Shown here: one piece after another, positions 1 to 12,849 of the stretch
Layout: every line of letters begins with the position of its first letter
Position numbering within the stretch: the first letter of the stretch is position 1
Source of the DNA: Mytilus trossulus
Lineage: Eukaryota
Direction: 5' to 3'
Length of the DNA stretch: 64,000 nt
Assembly (NCBI RefSeq): GCF_036588685.1
Contig: NC_086380.1
Coordinates: 2,790,001 to 2,854,000, forward strand
Program-made: the position numbers and the translations under genes
Notes under the pieces: model-generated
What the model saw: the letters and a program-made list of their open reading frames with translations, nothing else
Told to the model about the DNA's origin: nothing
The model's database searches: none

Positions 1-1151
1 GTAGAGTAGTATTCGGGCCCGTATGCGGATCGGAACTGGAACTGCCGGGGAGTTTGCAACAGGTCTTCAATGTAACGAGAAATTCCTGCACCTGGATGCG
101 TCCTTCAGCTGGCCCCTAAAATTAACATATATTTTGATATTCATTTGCATAAGGTCGATTTGTATCCGACGCAGCTGAAATATTATAAAATTAAAATAAT
201 TAATGTTACAAGATAAATGTCATCGGATCCTCAAAGTTTTAAACGTGTGAAAGCTTTGGTATTTCCGCTTTTATTACGAAAAAATCATGAAATAATAGAA
301 TATGGAGCAATGCGTTGAAATAATACAAACATGGTTTTACACTAGTAATTTTGGGGCCCTTTATAGCTAGTTGTTTGGTGTGAGCCAAGGCTCCGTGTTG
401 AAGACCGTACATTGACCTATAATGGTTTACTTTTATAAATTGCTATTTGGCTAGAGAGATGTCTCATTGGCACTCACACCACAAGTATATATGCTATAGC
501 TGTTCCTGCTATCGTATAGGTTAAGAAGGACAAAATTGTCCGAAAAATTCCCGTTTTGAATTCAATCTTGATTCGGTAAAAGTCTAAACTTAATCTCTGA
601 GAAATAAACACTGCAAGATTTAAACCTCATTAGCACGAAAATGGTGACAAGTTAAAGAAGTGATTTTCAATTATTTTCTTCTAAAAGATATTTTCAATTT
701 AGCCTTTTATACATCATTTTAGGTATGTTTATAAGATGTTAGCATTATATTGATCATTCTCCTATCTAGCTAAATGAATTACATACTATGAATAAAGATT
801 TTAAAAATAAAAAGATTAATTTTAAAAAGTTTTATCAAGAATTACATAATTTTCTTAATAAAGCTAAACACCTTAATTTTCGCATTACAATTTCAATGAA
901 CAGATAAATTTTACATTCAATGAAAATTATAAGTCATGTAAAATATATGTGTACGACGACTTTTTGATAGAACGATTTGTTTAATATTTTGTTTTGTTTT
1001 TGATTGTGAGAGGACAGAGACGTATCTTCTTTGGTGGTCTCTTTCAAAATAATTTATAAATAAAAATAATGAAGATGAGAATCGTTAAACATTTCCAAAG
1101 CACAAACTAAATTTGTGTTGAGTCGCTCTCTCATTTACTTGCATACACTAG

Positions 1152-1291
1152 CAGGGCGGATCCAGCCATTTTGAAAAAGGGGGTTCCCAACCCAGGACAA
1201 GGGGGGGGGGGGTCCAACTATATGTCCCCATTCACATGCATTGGTCGGCCAAAAAATTTGGGGGTTCCAACCCCCCTTGGATCCGCCAATG
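1152..1291. mobile_element. Small non-autonomous DNA transposon (MITE)
   Basis: Terminal inverted repeats cagggcggatcca ... tggatccgccaatg, flanked by direct repeat actag (1147-1151, 1292-1296). A more degenerate copy lies at 52660-52817. Confidence 0.7.
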
Positions 1292-1445
1292 ACTAGCTAC
1301 AACCATTTCTTTTATCTTTTACTGCACAGACAATCATTAATAGCTTTTAAATTATAACATTATCACTCAAACCACAAATGATTGTTTCTTGTTTTACATC
1401 CAGTGGCAAATATTAGATAGATACTAATTATGATATATATATTAC

Positions 1446-1602
1446 CTTCTAGTGTTTGGTAAATCTCATCTGGATGTAGAATCCACCAATTGTCTTTGTT
1501 TATAACATAACGAATTCTAAATATTACTGTCAGTATAAATATAATCCAATGAAAATGTCTTGGGAAAAGTCTGGAATCTCTGAGACGGGTTGATGATTTC
1601 AT
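1446..1602 (-). CDS. First coding exon of a GT22-family (PIG-B/ALG9-like) mannosyltransferase-like gene; the rest lies to the left or outside the window
   Basis: Reads MKSSTRLRD...HWIIFILTVIFRIRYVINKDNWWILHPDEIYQTLE: a hydrophobic helix followed by a PDExxQxLE motif typical of PIG-B N-termini. The motif is followed directly by a splice donor G|GTAAT at 1446/1445. Confidence 0.65.
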
Positions 1603-2299
1603 CGTCTTCCTATTTTTTTCTATCCATTAATTTTTTTTATCACAAAGTAAGTCCTATTTTATTGATTGATATCAAAAGTATTGGTTAATTCCAATAAATA
1701 TCAGTGATGAGTCTAGAACAAATAACCATTATCCTAGTGCAATCGTTCAGGTTCAGTAACAGTTCGATTGTGATCAGAGTTAATGTTCATACCTAGTTAA
1801 TAGGTTTTTTATTTGCTACATTCGAAATTCTATTACCCTACATATATTGTTGGATTTACTTGTTAATTTTACTTCGGTAGCCAATAATCATGGTATGAAT
1901 GAAATGTGACCTACAATTACGATCATGTAACCCTGCCCTATTGAGACCATTAACCAGTATAATCATCAGTTCAAACATATATAACAAAGATATAGTCATA
2001 AATCACATACAAATCGAAATGTTTTGATGATCTATTCGAAAATTAATTTGTCTCCAGTAGGGTTAGGTCTCGTAACCAAAAATAGGCTAAACGAAGATAT
2101 AAATTTGAGGTAAGGGGTCAACAATTAAAAAAATAAGATTATATGTTTCAAGATGATTGGACTGCAACTTCATAAAAAAAAACTACCTCGATCAAAACTT
2201 TAACCTGAAGCGGGACAGATGGATGGAAGAACGAACGGACGAACGAATAACTGACGGACGAATAGACCAGAAAACCTTATGCCCCTCTATCGTAGATAT

Positions 2300-2800
2300 A
2301 CACATTGTCACTGGACAAATAAAATAACTCTAAGAAAAAAACTGAATCATCATTATCTACAACGTGTCATGAAATTCTGTTGTGTGGTTTCAGAGGAGTA
2401 GCAATGACAAACTGTTGTAGTAGTATATTGTAGCAAACAATTTCAAAGAGGCGTAACTCCTAGAAAAAATGTTGAATCATAATTTCCTATTGATATGCAC
2501 ATCTACATAGTATTTCATCATTATCTACAAAGTTTCATGAAATTATGCTGTGTGGTTTCAGAGGGGTTGCGATGACAAGCTGTTGATGTAGTATATTGAA
2601 GCAAAAAAGCTCAAAGGGGCGAACAATATTGAATCATAATATCCTGTCGATATGCACATCTACATAGTATGTGCTTATTATCTACAAAGTTTCATGAAAT
2701 TCTGTTATGTGGTTTCAGAGGAGTTGCGATGACAAGAACATGACTGACGGACAGACGTTTCAAAAACAGTATACTCTCCGCAACTCCGTTGCATGGGGTA
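2300..2800 (+). repeat. Helentron-associated (HINE-like) element with three ~160-bp internal tandem repeats
   Basis: ttatctacaaagtttcatgaaattctg..tgtggtttcagaggagt.gc.atgaca recurs at about 2353, 2521 and 2678, followed by a GACG/GACT micro-repeat and a short terminal palindrome (ccgcaactccgttgcatgg). Confidence 0.55.
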
Positions 2801-2974
2801 TGATTTCCTAGCTGTAAAAATTATACTTTAAGGGATGTGTATTGCTGTTTGTTTATTCCACTTTGGCTTAAGGTATCCTGGGGGATTGAAATCTAACAAT
2901 TTCATTTTATTCCCAATGCATTTATGTACCCGTCTCAAGTTTTATTTGTTTTCGTGGTGTTTTTTTTTTTTACA

Positions 2975-3388
2975 GTTTTCTGGTTTGTGCCTCCGTTCGT
3001 TCGTCCGTCCGTCTGTTCCTCCTGCTTCAGGTTAAAATTTTTGGTCAAGGTATTTTTTGATGAAGCTGAAGTCCAATCAACTTGAAACTTAGTACACCGG
3101 TTGCTTATGATATGATTGTCTAATACTAAAGCCAAATTAGACTTTTGACCCCAATTTCACAGTCCAATGAACATAGAAAATGAAAATGGAAGTTTCAGGT
3201 TAAAGTTTTTGGTCAAGGTAGTTTTTGATGAAGTTGAAGTCCAAACAACTTGAAACTTAGTACACGTGTGCCCTATGGTATGATCTTTCTAATGCCAAAT
3301 TAGATTTTTATCCAATTTCACGGTCCATTGAACATGGAAAATGATAGTACGAGTGGGGCATCCGTGTACTTAGGACACATTCTTGTTT
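2975..3388 (-). repeat. HINE/pearl-like dispersed repeat with two internal units and an (ACGG)n tract
   Basis: Homologous to 26862-27333 (+) and to a partial copy at about 2080-2290 (+). Shared core: tttcaagttgattggacttcaacttcatcaaaaactaccttgacc...tttaacctgaagc, plus gacggacgg repeats. Confidence 0.65.
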
Positions 3389-3398
3389 TATCTACAAG

Positions 3399-4384
3399 AG
3401 CTTCCAATTGCTTTTGAGCATTTCCATATGCTCAAGTTAATGGGTGTTTCGGATAAGCGAGAATTCTGAAATAAGAATGTTGGAAAGCAACACTTTTTTA
3501 AGATGAACTCAATACAATACGGTATTTAGACCTAATACTTTTTTTTTTTATATAAAATATTAATTAACTGTTAAAATAGCAGTAGTTATTTTATTATCGT
3601 AGTTTTAACAATAATAATGAATAATTGAATTGTCATCGTTTAGACATAAGGATATCCTAATTTGGATAGAATACATAATACACATAATCAAGGAATAAAA
3701 CTGTTCTTATCCAAATTCGGATAAGAAGAGTACTTGACGCACGAGTTAAGTATGCAGTGTGGAGACCTTTATCCAAATTCGGATGAGTACCAGTATATTT
3801 AAATTCAATATAAAGTCGTCTTGGTCATTATCCGAATTCGGATAAGAAGAAAAATCAATTGGACATCAAATATTTGCCATCAAATCAATCAATCATTAGC
3901 GCAGAAAATTAATCACAAGGCTAATTGATATATAGATATATCGCTTTTATCTCAATTCGGAAAAAATCATCTTTGATTGGTACTCATACATGTATGTATA
4001 ATTCATTTTATCTTCTTATCCGAATTCGGATAACAACCAAGACAAATTACTATCAAATATAGATATACTTTTGCCAATTTGAATAAGGATTCTCATTGCA
4101 TACCAAACTCTCTGAGGTAGGCCTTTCCAAATTTGGATAAGAGCAGTTATTTTTTCTTGGTAATGCGTTTTATCTATTTTATCCAAATTCGGATAACATA
4201 AGTTTCTATTGATGTGTACATTGTCGATCTTATATTCCTTAGCTTAATAGTGAGAATTCGAGAATGCATGCTTTTTTAAATAAATAAAAAGGTCGCCTAC
4301 CAAAGTTCTCACATCAAAATTTTCGCTTAATCAAAATACCCATTGACTTGAGCATATGGAAATGCTCAAAAGCAATTGGAAGCT
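3399..4384. mobile_element. ~1-kb foldback/MITE element with ~60-bp TIRs and nine internal 18-bp palindromes
   Basis: The left end agcttccaattgcttttgagcatttccatatgctcaagt is the exact reverse complement of the right end. Internal ttatccgaattcggataa-like motifs at 3652, 3707, 3769, 3828, 3947, 4016, 4069, 4123, 4179. Confidence 0.85.
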
Positions 4385-5124
4385 GTTCTACCCAATATTC
4401 CCTATATATTTTACTAAATGAAAGAACTGTGTGATACTTAAGATTTTCTCTCTTATATTTGAATCAATGTTCTCCTGCAATGGAATACTCAGACAAGCAC
4501 AAAATAATTTTTATTAGCATTATAATAGTCAGTCTCATATTTTTTTTAAAAACAAATTATGGCAAGTTATTCAGGAAGAAGCGAACAATTCCATTCTCAA
4601 TTTTAATGGTATAAGATGCCTATTTAACAATGAGCCTTTTAGATTAGTTAAGATAATGCACATGTTTGTTATCTAGCAAATTTGTTCATGTGATTTTCAG
4701 CTGAACTAATTTAAAGATTGATTCAATGCATATGCGGATCTTATTTCACCAGCCATTATTAATGAAAGTCAATAAAAATGTTCTTAAATTCTAAATCCGC
4801 ATGTATATATATATGAATAAACAGATTCCTACTGTAAAAAGAATTAAGATCAAATACAACCAAATAATGATTCCTAATTTTTCATTTGACTTTTAGGAAA
4901 TGCTGTCTTGACTGTATTTCTTGGAATAAAAAATTGTCTGTAATACAAATAACGGTCATTTGAATAAATTACATATATACATTGTATATATGCATAACAA
5001 GTTTCTTTTCAAGCGGTGTACAGAATTATATATTAAAAATTAAATTCACAAACTGAGTTTTAAAAGCAGCATTGTCTAGCACTTTCATCCATCTTATGAC
5101 TTTTCAAGACTATATATATATATA

Positions 5125-5792
5125 TATATACAACTCGTCTGAACATTAAATCAACAATGTTAGATCTGTACATTTGCTTTTGCAAATTTTTTGTTCTTCC
5201 CTCGCCGGGAATTGAACACAGGGTACCAGGATATCGTGACACCAGATCGCCTGCACTGTATGCGGTGCGCTAGACCACACGACCACCATGGCTTCATAAT
5301 AACAAAACTTTTGATGGCCGTGTGTTACCTTTCCTCGTCAGTTTTTATCTAGCATCGTAATTCAGTACATGATATATAAGGCATGGAGATGTGTTTTTTT
5401 ACAGATCAGTTGAATTATCTTTAGTAAAGAATCCTACAAATTAATGCAAGATACAGTCACAGACAATAGTTATATTTATAAGTACGTATGAGTCAGTGAC
5501 AACTCTACAACAGATTTATCCATTGGATCGCCATCAATGATGGTGATAAATGACTGTGTACATTATGTATATACAACTCGTCTAAACATCAACCCAACAA
5601 TGTTAGATCTGGAAATTTGCTTTCGCAAATTTTTTGTTCTTCCCTCGCCGGGATTCGAACCCATGCTACTGTGATATCGTGACACCAAATCGCCTGCACT
5701 GCAGCCGTCCCGCTTGACCACACGACCACCTGGGACAAAGCAAATTTACAGATCTTACATTGTTGGTTTGATGTTTAAATGAGTTGTATATA
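5125..5792 (-). repeat. ~1.4 units of the 441-bp tRNA-like satellite, ending in an inverted 55-bp segment
   Basis: Reverse complement of the 62717-64000 unit (ttcttccctcgccgggattcgaacccatgct...gaccacacgaccacctggg). Preceded by a (TA)n tract at 5111-5128. Confidence 0.85.
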
Positions 5793-5812
5793 AATTATAT
5801 ATATAGTATGAA

Positions 5813-6141
5813 ATAAAATAGAGAAAGAAAATGGTAATGTGTCAAAGCGACAACAACCCGACCATAGAGCAGACAACAGCAGAAGGTCACCAATGGGCCA
5901 TCGATGTAGCGAGAAACGCCCGCTCCCGTAGGCGTCCTTCAGCTGGCCCCTAAAAAATATGTATACTTGTATAGTGATAATTGACGTCATACTAAACTCC
6001 AAATTATACACAAGAAACTAAAATTAAAGAAATAAATAAACTTATCTCAACCCTCCCACTATACCTTTAGCCAATGTAGAAAAAGAAATTGCATAACAAT
6101 AGGCACATTAAAATTCAGTTCCAGAGATGTCCGAGTCCGAT
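5813..6141 (-). mobile_element. 5'-truncated, internally deleted copy of the Penelope-like element 3' tail (family 1)
   Basis: Reverse complement matches 8700-9096, e.g. ggggccagctgaagga and ctctatggtcgggt.gttgtcgctttgac. Confidence 0.8.
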
Positions 6142-6331
6142 TTCAATCGTAATTGACAAGGAATTGTCAGTTTTCACATCGAAGGCCAATGGTTTTCTCT
6201 TGGCACTCCGGCTTCATCGACCAATAAAAAATGGCCGCCAGGAAATAGCCCAAATATGGTGTTTAAAGTGGTGTTAATTGGCATTCTTATTGGTTCTAGT
6301 TGTACGCCTGTTTAGTACTTTTACTTTTCAT

Positions 6332-6960
6332 AACAAGAATGCACACGCTGAACTGTCTCGCCTTCTTAACTAATCATTAATACTTTGTTGACAGTCCTAA
6401 ATGTAAAGCTTAATTACAACTGTCACATTAACTTTAAATTAATCAAGAAAACTAACCATTGACCAATGAACCATGACAGGCAGACATGTACAGCTTATAA
6501 TTCTTCATTACAACCAATATAGTTGACGTATTGTTTATAGTTTAACAAAAACAAACCAACACACAATAAATTAACACTAAGCAATGAACAAAGAAAATGA
6601 GGTGAAGGTCAAATTTAATCTGCACGACTGACATTTAGATAAAAAATATATTTCCAAACACCAAATATAGTTGACCTATTGCGTATAGTATAAGAAAAAA
6701 AGACCAAAACTCAAAAACTTAAATTTGACCACTGAACCATGAGAATGAATTCACGGCCAGATAACACCTGCCAGCTAGACATGTACACCTAACAATCATT
6801 CCTTATACCAAATAAAGTAGACCTATTGCATACAGTATAAGTAAAACAGGCCAAAACACAAAAGCTTAACTTTAACCACTGAACCATGAAAATCCGATCA
6901 AGGTCAGATGACACCTGCCAATTGGATGTGCACATCCTACAGTCCTTCCATACACCTAAT
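6332..6960 (+). repeat. Satellite-bearing HINE-like element with ~140-bp degenerate internal repeats
   Basis: Starts aacaagaatg, as do the other HINE-like copies. Recurrent accactgaaccatga / agat.acacctgcca / ata.agt.gacctattgc blocks. Confidence 0.5.
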
Positions 6961-7298
6961 TCTAGACTTAATCCAATATGGCCGAACTAAACGTGAAGAG
7001 CCATTTTGCTAAGATACACAGGGGAATGTAGAGAATGTAGAGAAAAGAAAAGTTAATCAAAATTTATAAACTGTTAATTTGTATTATTAAAGAACAAATC
7101 ACTCATCCTTTGTATGGAAAGGGGGGTACTTTTCTAGGGTTATTTTGTTTTATTTTGCAAGCTAGTCCCAATCAAGATAAATTGAGGCTAATGCAACTCA
7201 AACTGTCAAATATACACCAACCATTAGCAACGTTACCAAAAGCATTTAATACGAACCAGCAGATGATGACGAGGTTCTACATGTGACGGTATATACAG

Positions 7299-8456
7299 CT
7301 TCCGAAGCTGCACAAAAAACCTTACAAATATAGATTTATTTCATCTTCTAGCCATTGTTCAACTACTAAATTGTCTGTTTTACTTACTAGTACACTTGGT
7401 ACAATAAAAAACCTGATAATAAATTGTTCAAATAAGGCCTTTGAAAATAGTGGAATTAATTACTTTTGGAGTGTCAAAAACTCGTTGGAAGTACTTGATA
7501 AATTGCATGCATATATTGGCGATTTTGAATCTGTTCAAAGTTTTGATTTTTCTACCCTATATACCACTTTGCCTCATATTCTTATTAAGAAAAAATTCAC
7601 ATCCTTAATTAACTGGGCATTTAAAAAGTCGGAATGCGAGTTCATATGTTCAAACTCTTTTAGATCATGTTTTAGTAGCAATAAACAAAAGAACTATGTC
7701 AATTGGACATGCTTTGATACTATTTATGCGCTTGAATTTTTACTTGATAACATTTTTGTTCGCTTTGGAGATTCCGTATATCGTCAAGTTATTGGAATTC
7801 CAATGGGGACTAACTGTGCACCACTTATTGCGGACCTGTTTTTGTATTGTTATGAGTTACAAATTTATCCTGTAGAACTTACTTTAAATAAAGCTAATGA
7901 TAACAATGACCACTGCCCTTTCCTCGATCTTGATATCTATATCATAAACGGGAAGCTTAATACAAAAATTTATGATAAAAGTGATGATTTTTCATTTCCT
8001 ATTGTTAATTATCCATTTTTAGATGGGGACGTTCCTTTGTCACCATCTTATGGTGTTTATATATCTCAACTTGTACGATTCGCTCGTGTATGTAACAACG
8101 TATTAGATTTTAGCGAGAGAAATTTATGTATTACTGAAATATTATTACACCAGGGTTTTCGATATCACAACTTGGTCAAAACATTTACTAAATTTTATCA
8201 CCGGTATAAGGAAATAATTCGTAAATATAACTCAACATGCAGACATCTTATACGTTCAGGTATTTCACATCCAAAATTTTATGGAAATATTCTTTATAAA
8301 GCACAACAATGTCAGTATTCTCCTCCAAAACTAACAAAACCTTTAAATAGACTTATTAAAAGGGGATATAGTTACGATACTGTTGTCAGGTCATTAAAGA
8401 TTGCATATTTTGGCTTTAACATTGATTCACTGATAGAGTCTTTGCATCGGAACTAA
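7299..8456 (+). pseudogene. Penelope-like element reverse transcriptase, 5'-truncated, with the catalytic YIDD segment deleted in frame
   Basis: Frame reads LPKLHKKPYKYRFISSSSHCSTT...SFDFSTLYT...YRQVIGIPMGTNCAPLIADLFLYCYE...FLDLDI...IYDKSDDFSFPIVNYPFL...YGVYISQLVRFARVC. These are PLE RT motifs. No C-terminal GIY-YIG endonuclease is visible, compatible with the Naiad-type N-terminal-EN arrangement. Confidence 0.85.
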
Positions 8457-9096
8457 ACATATTTATTTCTAAAAAAAACAGTTGTTGGCATGACACGGGT
8501 TATGTTCTTCTCATATATTTTATGATAGTATGATACTAAACCCCTAACGGGAGGGATTGTACCTGATATTCATATGATGAAGACATAATCTTTCAATCAG
8601 TTTAATTGAGGTCTGGAGCTAGCATGTCAGTTAACTGCTAGTAGTCTGTTGTTATTTATGTATTATTGGCATTTTATTTATTTTCTTTTGTTACATCTTT
8701 TGACATCGGACTCGGACTTCTCTTGAACTGAATTTTAATGTGCGTATTGTTATTCTTTTACTTTTCTACATTGGCTAGAGGTATAGGGGGAGGATTGAGA
8801 TCTCATAAACATGTTTAACCCCGCCGCAATTTTGCGCCTGTCCCAAGTCAGGAGCCTCTGGCCTTTGTTAGTCTTGTATGATTTTTAAATTTTAGTTTCT
8901 TGTGTATAATTCGGAGTTTAGTATGACGTCCATTATCACTGTACTATTATGCATATTTTAGGGGCCAGCTGAAGGACTCCTACTGGTGCGGGAATTCTCG
9001 CTACATTGAAAACCCATTGGTTGCCTTCGGCTGTTGTTTGCTCTATGGTCGGGTGGTTGTCGCTTTGACGTATTCACCATTTCCTTTCTCAATTAT
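8457..9096 (+). mobile_element. 3' UTR/terminal region of the Penelope-like element (family 1)
   Basis: Contiguous with the RT stop codon. Its last ~470 bp recur as dispersed copies sharing the 3' end ttcctttctcaatt (31525-31997, 37810-38054, 5813-6141 rev), with internal fragments at about 59740-59880 rev and 60-120 rev. Confidence 0.8.
8498..8590 (+). promoter_or_regulatory. SECIS-like stem-loop (type II) in the 3' UTR of the Penelope-like element
   Basis: Helix I ggttatgttcttctcatat / atatgatgaagacataatc. Core ATGAT (8522-8526) / TGAT (8564-8567). 11-nt helix II agtatgatact / gggattgtacc. Unpaired AAA (8538-8540). Apical ministem ccc/ggg. Confidence 0.7.
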
Positions 9097-9129
9097 ATAA
9101 TGTACTATTCTCTAGTGTTTGCATATTAT

Positions 9130-9495
9130 ATACTTATTTGTGGCTTATTTGTATAGTTCGTTCTGATGCTGTACTGTTAACCACCAAAAAATGAGTAGGT
9201 TAGGGATCCCGCTTACATGTTAAACCCCGCCACAGTCCCTATATATGCGCCTGTCCCAAGTCAGAAGCCTGTAATTCAGTGTTTGTCGTTTGTTTATGTG
9301 TTACATATTTGTTTTTCGTTCCTCCATGGATTTATTGTACATAAATTAGGCCGTTAGTTTTCTCGTTTGAATTGTTTTACATTGTCATTCCGGGGCTTTT
9401 TATAGCTGACTATGCGGTATGGGCTCTACTCATTGTAAAAGGACGTACGGTGACCCATAGTTGTTAATTTCTACATGTGTCATTTTGGTCTATTT
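9130..9495 (+). repeat. Dispersed repeat, family 2 (PLE-tail/SINE-like)
   Basis: Matches the reverse complement of 58427-58872 and 22358-22676 (ggccgttagttttctcgtttgaattgttttacattgtc...tatagctgactatgcggtatgggct). Confidence 0.8.
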
Positions 9496-12400
9496 GACTG
9501 CTAATGAGACAACTCTTCACAAGAGACCAAAATGACAAAATTGTAGCAGCAACCATCTATCATGAAAATCATAATAGGAGATGCAAGCTCTAGAATATTG
9601 TATAAACTGGGAGATACTTTGCATTATATATGAAAGTAGAATTTACATATTGCAGTAAGTTGCCCATTAACAGACATTTATCTTGTCATCTGCATGATTG
9701 TTATTTGTTTGATTTTCGTCACGTCAGACTTAATATTTTTTTTACACAATTTAAAGTTTTATAGACAAGCCAATGCAGTCCAAGCAATATGTTTTCTATG
9801 TTTTCTACCAACGTTGTAGCAATGAGTGGCTGAATTCATAAAATCGCTCTAAAGTTCAAAATTATAGAAGAGAACCTCAATCATGATAATAAAACAGAAG
9901 CCACTGAGGAATGATTATAATTGAACATTAGATTGACTTTAAATAAGGTGTTGTAAAACATTTTTACAGCAAATAATAATACTAAGTTTAATCAACACAG
10001 TAACACAAAAAAACTTATGACAGCCCTTTGTTTAAATTAAAACTAAACAAATATTCAAATACTTTACAGTATTTTAACAGAAGATTTCATACATATCGAC
10101 AGTCACTAATATATGTTGACAGTCATAAGATGTATTACTGAATCACATATTTAGCAATATAAAAAGAAAACAATGACAGTCATGAAATATAAAGTTACAT
10201 TAGACATTTTCTACAAAAACACTATGGCATTCACTAAATATGAAGTTAAATAATATTATTAACTTGTGGTGATAAACAATAATATTTTTTATAAACAAAA
10301 GTTAATTTAAAAATAATGTCAATATAAACATATTAACCGTCATTAAACACACGCTTAAACGAATATAGCTTGCTGTATTTTAAAACATTAAATGTGCATA
10401 TTAAATAGAGATATTTTTATAAAAACACAATGACACGTTTACAACTTTAGGAAATTGCAAAATATAAACTTATAAATTAACGTAACAGTTACTGTAATAT
10501 TATTTATTCAAACTGTTCTCTCAAATTATAAGTCAGTATGCATATATTGACGATTATGAATCATAAAAATTATATCTAAATAAAATCATTTTGTTATAAA
10601 CACATAGTCACAATAATTAAACAAACGGTTAAATTAAGATGTACCTTTATTAATAAATACAGTGATAGTATTAAAAGATCTTAAAACATGAGTATATCCT
10701 GGTTTATCTGTCAATATGAATATGCTGAAGTAATTAGTAAATCAACGCTTGCTTAAATCAAAATATATTGCTAAATAAAACTTAACATAAGACAGTAAAT
10801 AAAGACACGATTAAAACTAAATAGATAATTCTGAATAATCACAGTGATGGAACATCAAAACAAATGTAGTGATGGTCACTAAACTATAAAAATCTAAACA
10901 TTTTTCCAATATATGCACAGGAGAAGTCTTTCTCAAATAAACATGTTTCGTTATAAACAAAATCGATGATATCATAATTTCCTCCTTTGTTCACCCAATG
11001 TAAATTATCAGACATTTGATAATAAAACATGAGGTTACATCACAAATTCTTTCTTGTAAACACCGTTTTGAGGTGATAAAAGGAGGTCACATTAAACTTC
11101 CAAATATTTATATATTAAGCATACTTTACCAATGATTCCGTTTGTTGATTAAATTGAGCGCTTAAATTTGTCAATTTACCGTGAAGTTATCTATTTCTTT
11201 AAATAAGCGTTTTATATATTTATGACACATTGTAGAGTGAAGTATGTTTAAAGGTGAAAGTAGTTTATATACAAAAACATATGTTTGACTTTAATATCAA
11301 AACTGGGAGCAGGTAATCAAGGATTATATATAAAAACAGACAAAAGCTCTCAATTAATGGTTAAAATTTAAACATTATAAAATAAAAAAATAAAAATACA
11401 AATAAAAAAAAAACATTGATTTAAGAAAAATAAGAAACATTTCGTGACTGCAAACAGTGTCAATGAGCTGTTTGACAGTGTACAAACACATTCTATATAA
11501 AATAAAGGTGATTATAAAAATGCGCTTCTATGATAAATATAATTAGAAACTATGAAAAATATAGGTGAATTACGTAACAATATAGCAAAAACAGTACACC
11601 GATGTATGTATATCTAAATCTAATTAACCTATACAAATCAGCGACCTATTTCGAATGTTTTGATTTCTCCTGCAAATAACACAGAGAAAATTATTTCCCC
11701 ATATGTAATGAAATGAGTTTTTTACCCTTGACTAGCAAGTTCTAAAATCGAAAAGTTTCACAAAGGTAGCAAAAAAATACACGTTATTGCAAATTGATAT
11801 CACAAACAATTGCCATTTAATTTTCAGAAATAAAAAAATTGTTGCCATTTAAATTTCAGAAATAAAAAAGTTTTGCCATTTTGATATTGTCCGGTTATAT
11901 CAATAAGTGCTCTTTATCAATAATAAAAATGTCAAATATTTAATCAATATATTTTCTAATTATAAAATATATCTATGTCTGATTTTATAAGCAAAAAAAC
12001 AATTGATGTCGATTCAACCAGTTTTTATTTAATCTACTTCAATTTGGTACTGCTCCATATTTACGTACAACAATAGTATTCTATGATTTAAAAGGATAAT
12101 CAGATATCTGTTTGGTTATTTAATGTTGTTTCTGTGTGTTTGAGTATGTAAGATTTTATGTTGTCCAAACTTTATTTTTGGTGATTCTTAATGTTTTTTT
12201 AATTTCCCTCTCTTTTTTGTGTTATTCCTTTTTGCGTAAATGTGACAAATCTAATCGTTAAATTAATCGTAATTTTGTGTTGATGTGAGATATTCAGTCT
12301 TTGCTTCTCCAATTTTTATGTTTATAGTTGATCCATCTATGCGTTTTTGTTGATTCTTTAAAATTTGGTCTACTGATCCAGAAGTGTGTTGATAATGAAT

Positions 12401-12849
12401 CTTGTGTTGTTACATCTTCAGATTTTTTGTTGATGTCTATGCTGTGTTGATATCAGACGCTCTATAGATATTTTCCTCGTATTCTGTGTTTTTGTCGATA
12501 TCTGCAACTTCAATCATTCTGTATTTAACTCCTTGCATTGTGTGTTTTCGTAGATTTGTTGATTTTGTGAGATCTTTTGTCGTCATTTATTAAGTTTTTG
12601 TGTTTTTCAATTTGTTTTTTTTTAGTATCTTCACTTGTTACTTAAACTCGTGGTTTGTTTATATTCATATTTTGTTGCATATCCATTTCCAGTAATTATT
12701 GTCAATTCTCGTAACTATTCTTATTTAGCGTTTTTTCTTGGTGTTGTTTTCGGATTTTCAGACATCCTTTGTGCAACTTTTAAATTCTTTTCCAAAAGCA
12801 TATCCACGAAAGATGTATGCCATCCCTGACGTGACATGTCCAGTCCCAT

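Noticed and set aside
3652-4196. CRISPR-like array of palindromic repeats with spacers
   Set aside because: Repeats are only 18 bp and degenerate, spacers are mirror copies of each other, the array is enclosed by TIRs, there are no cas genes, and the context is eukaryotic.
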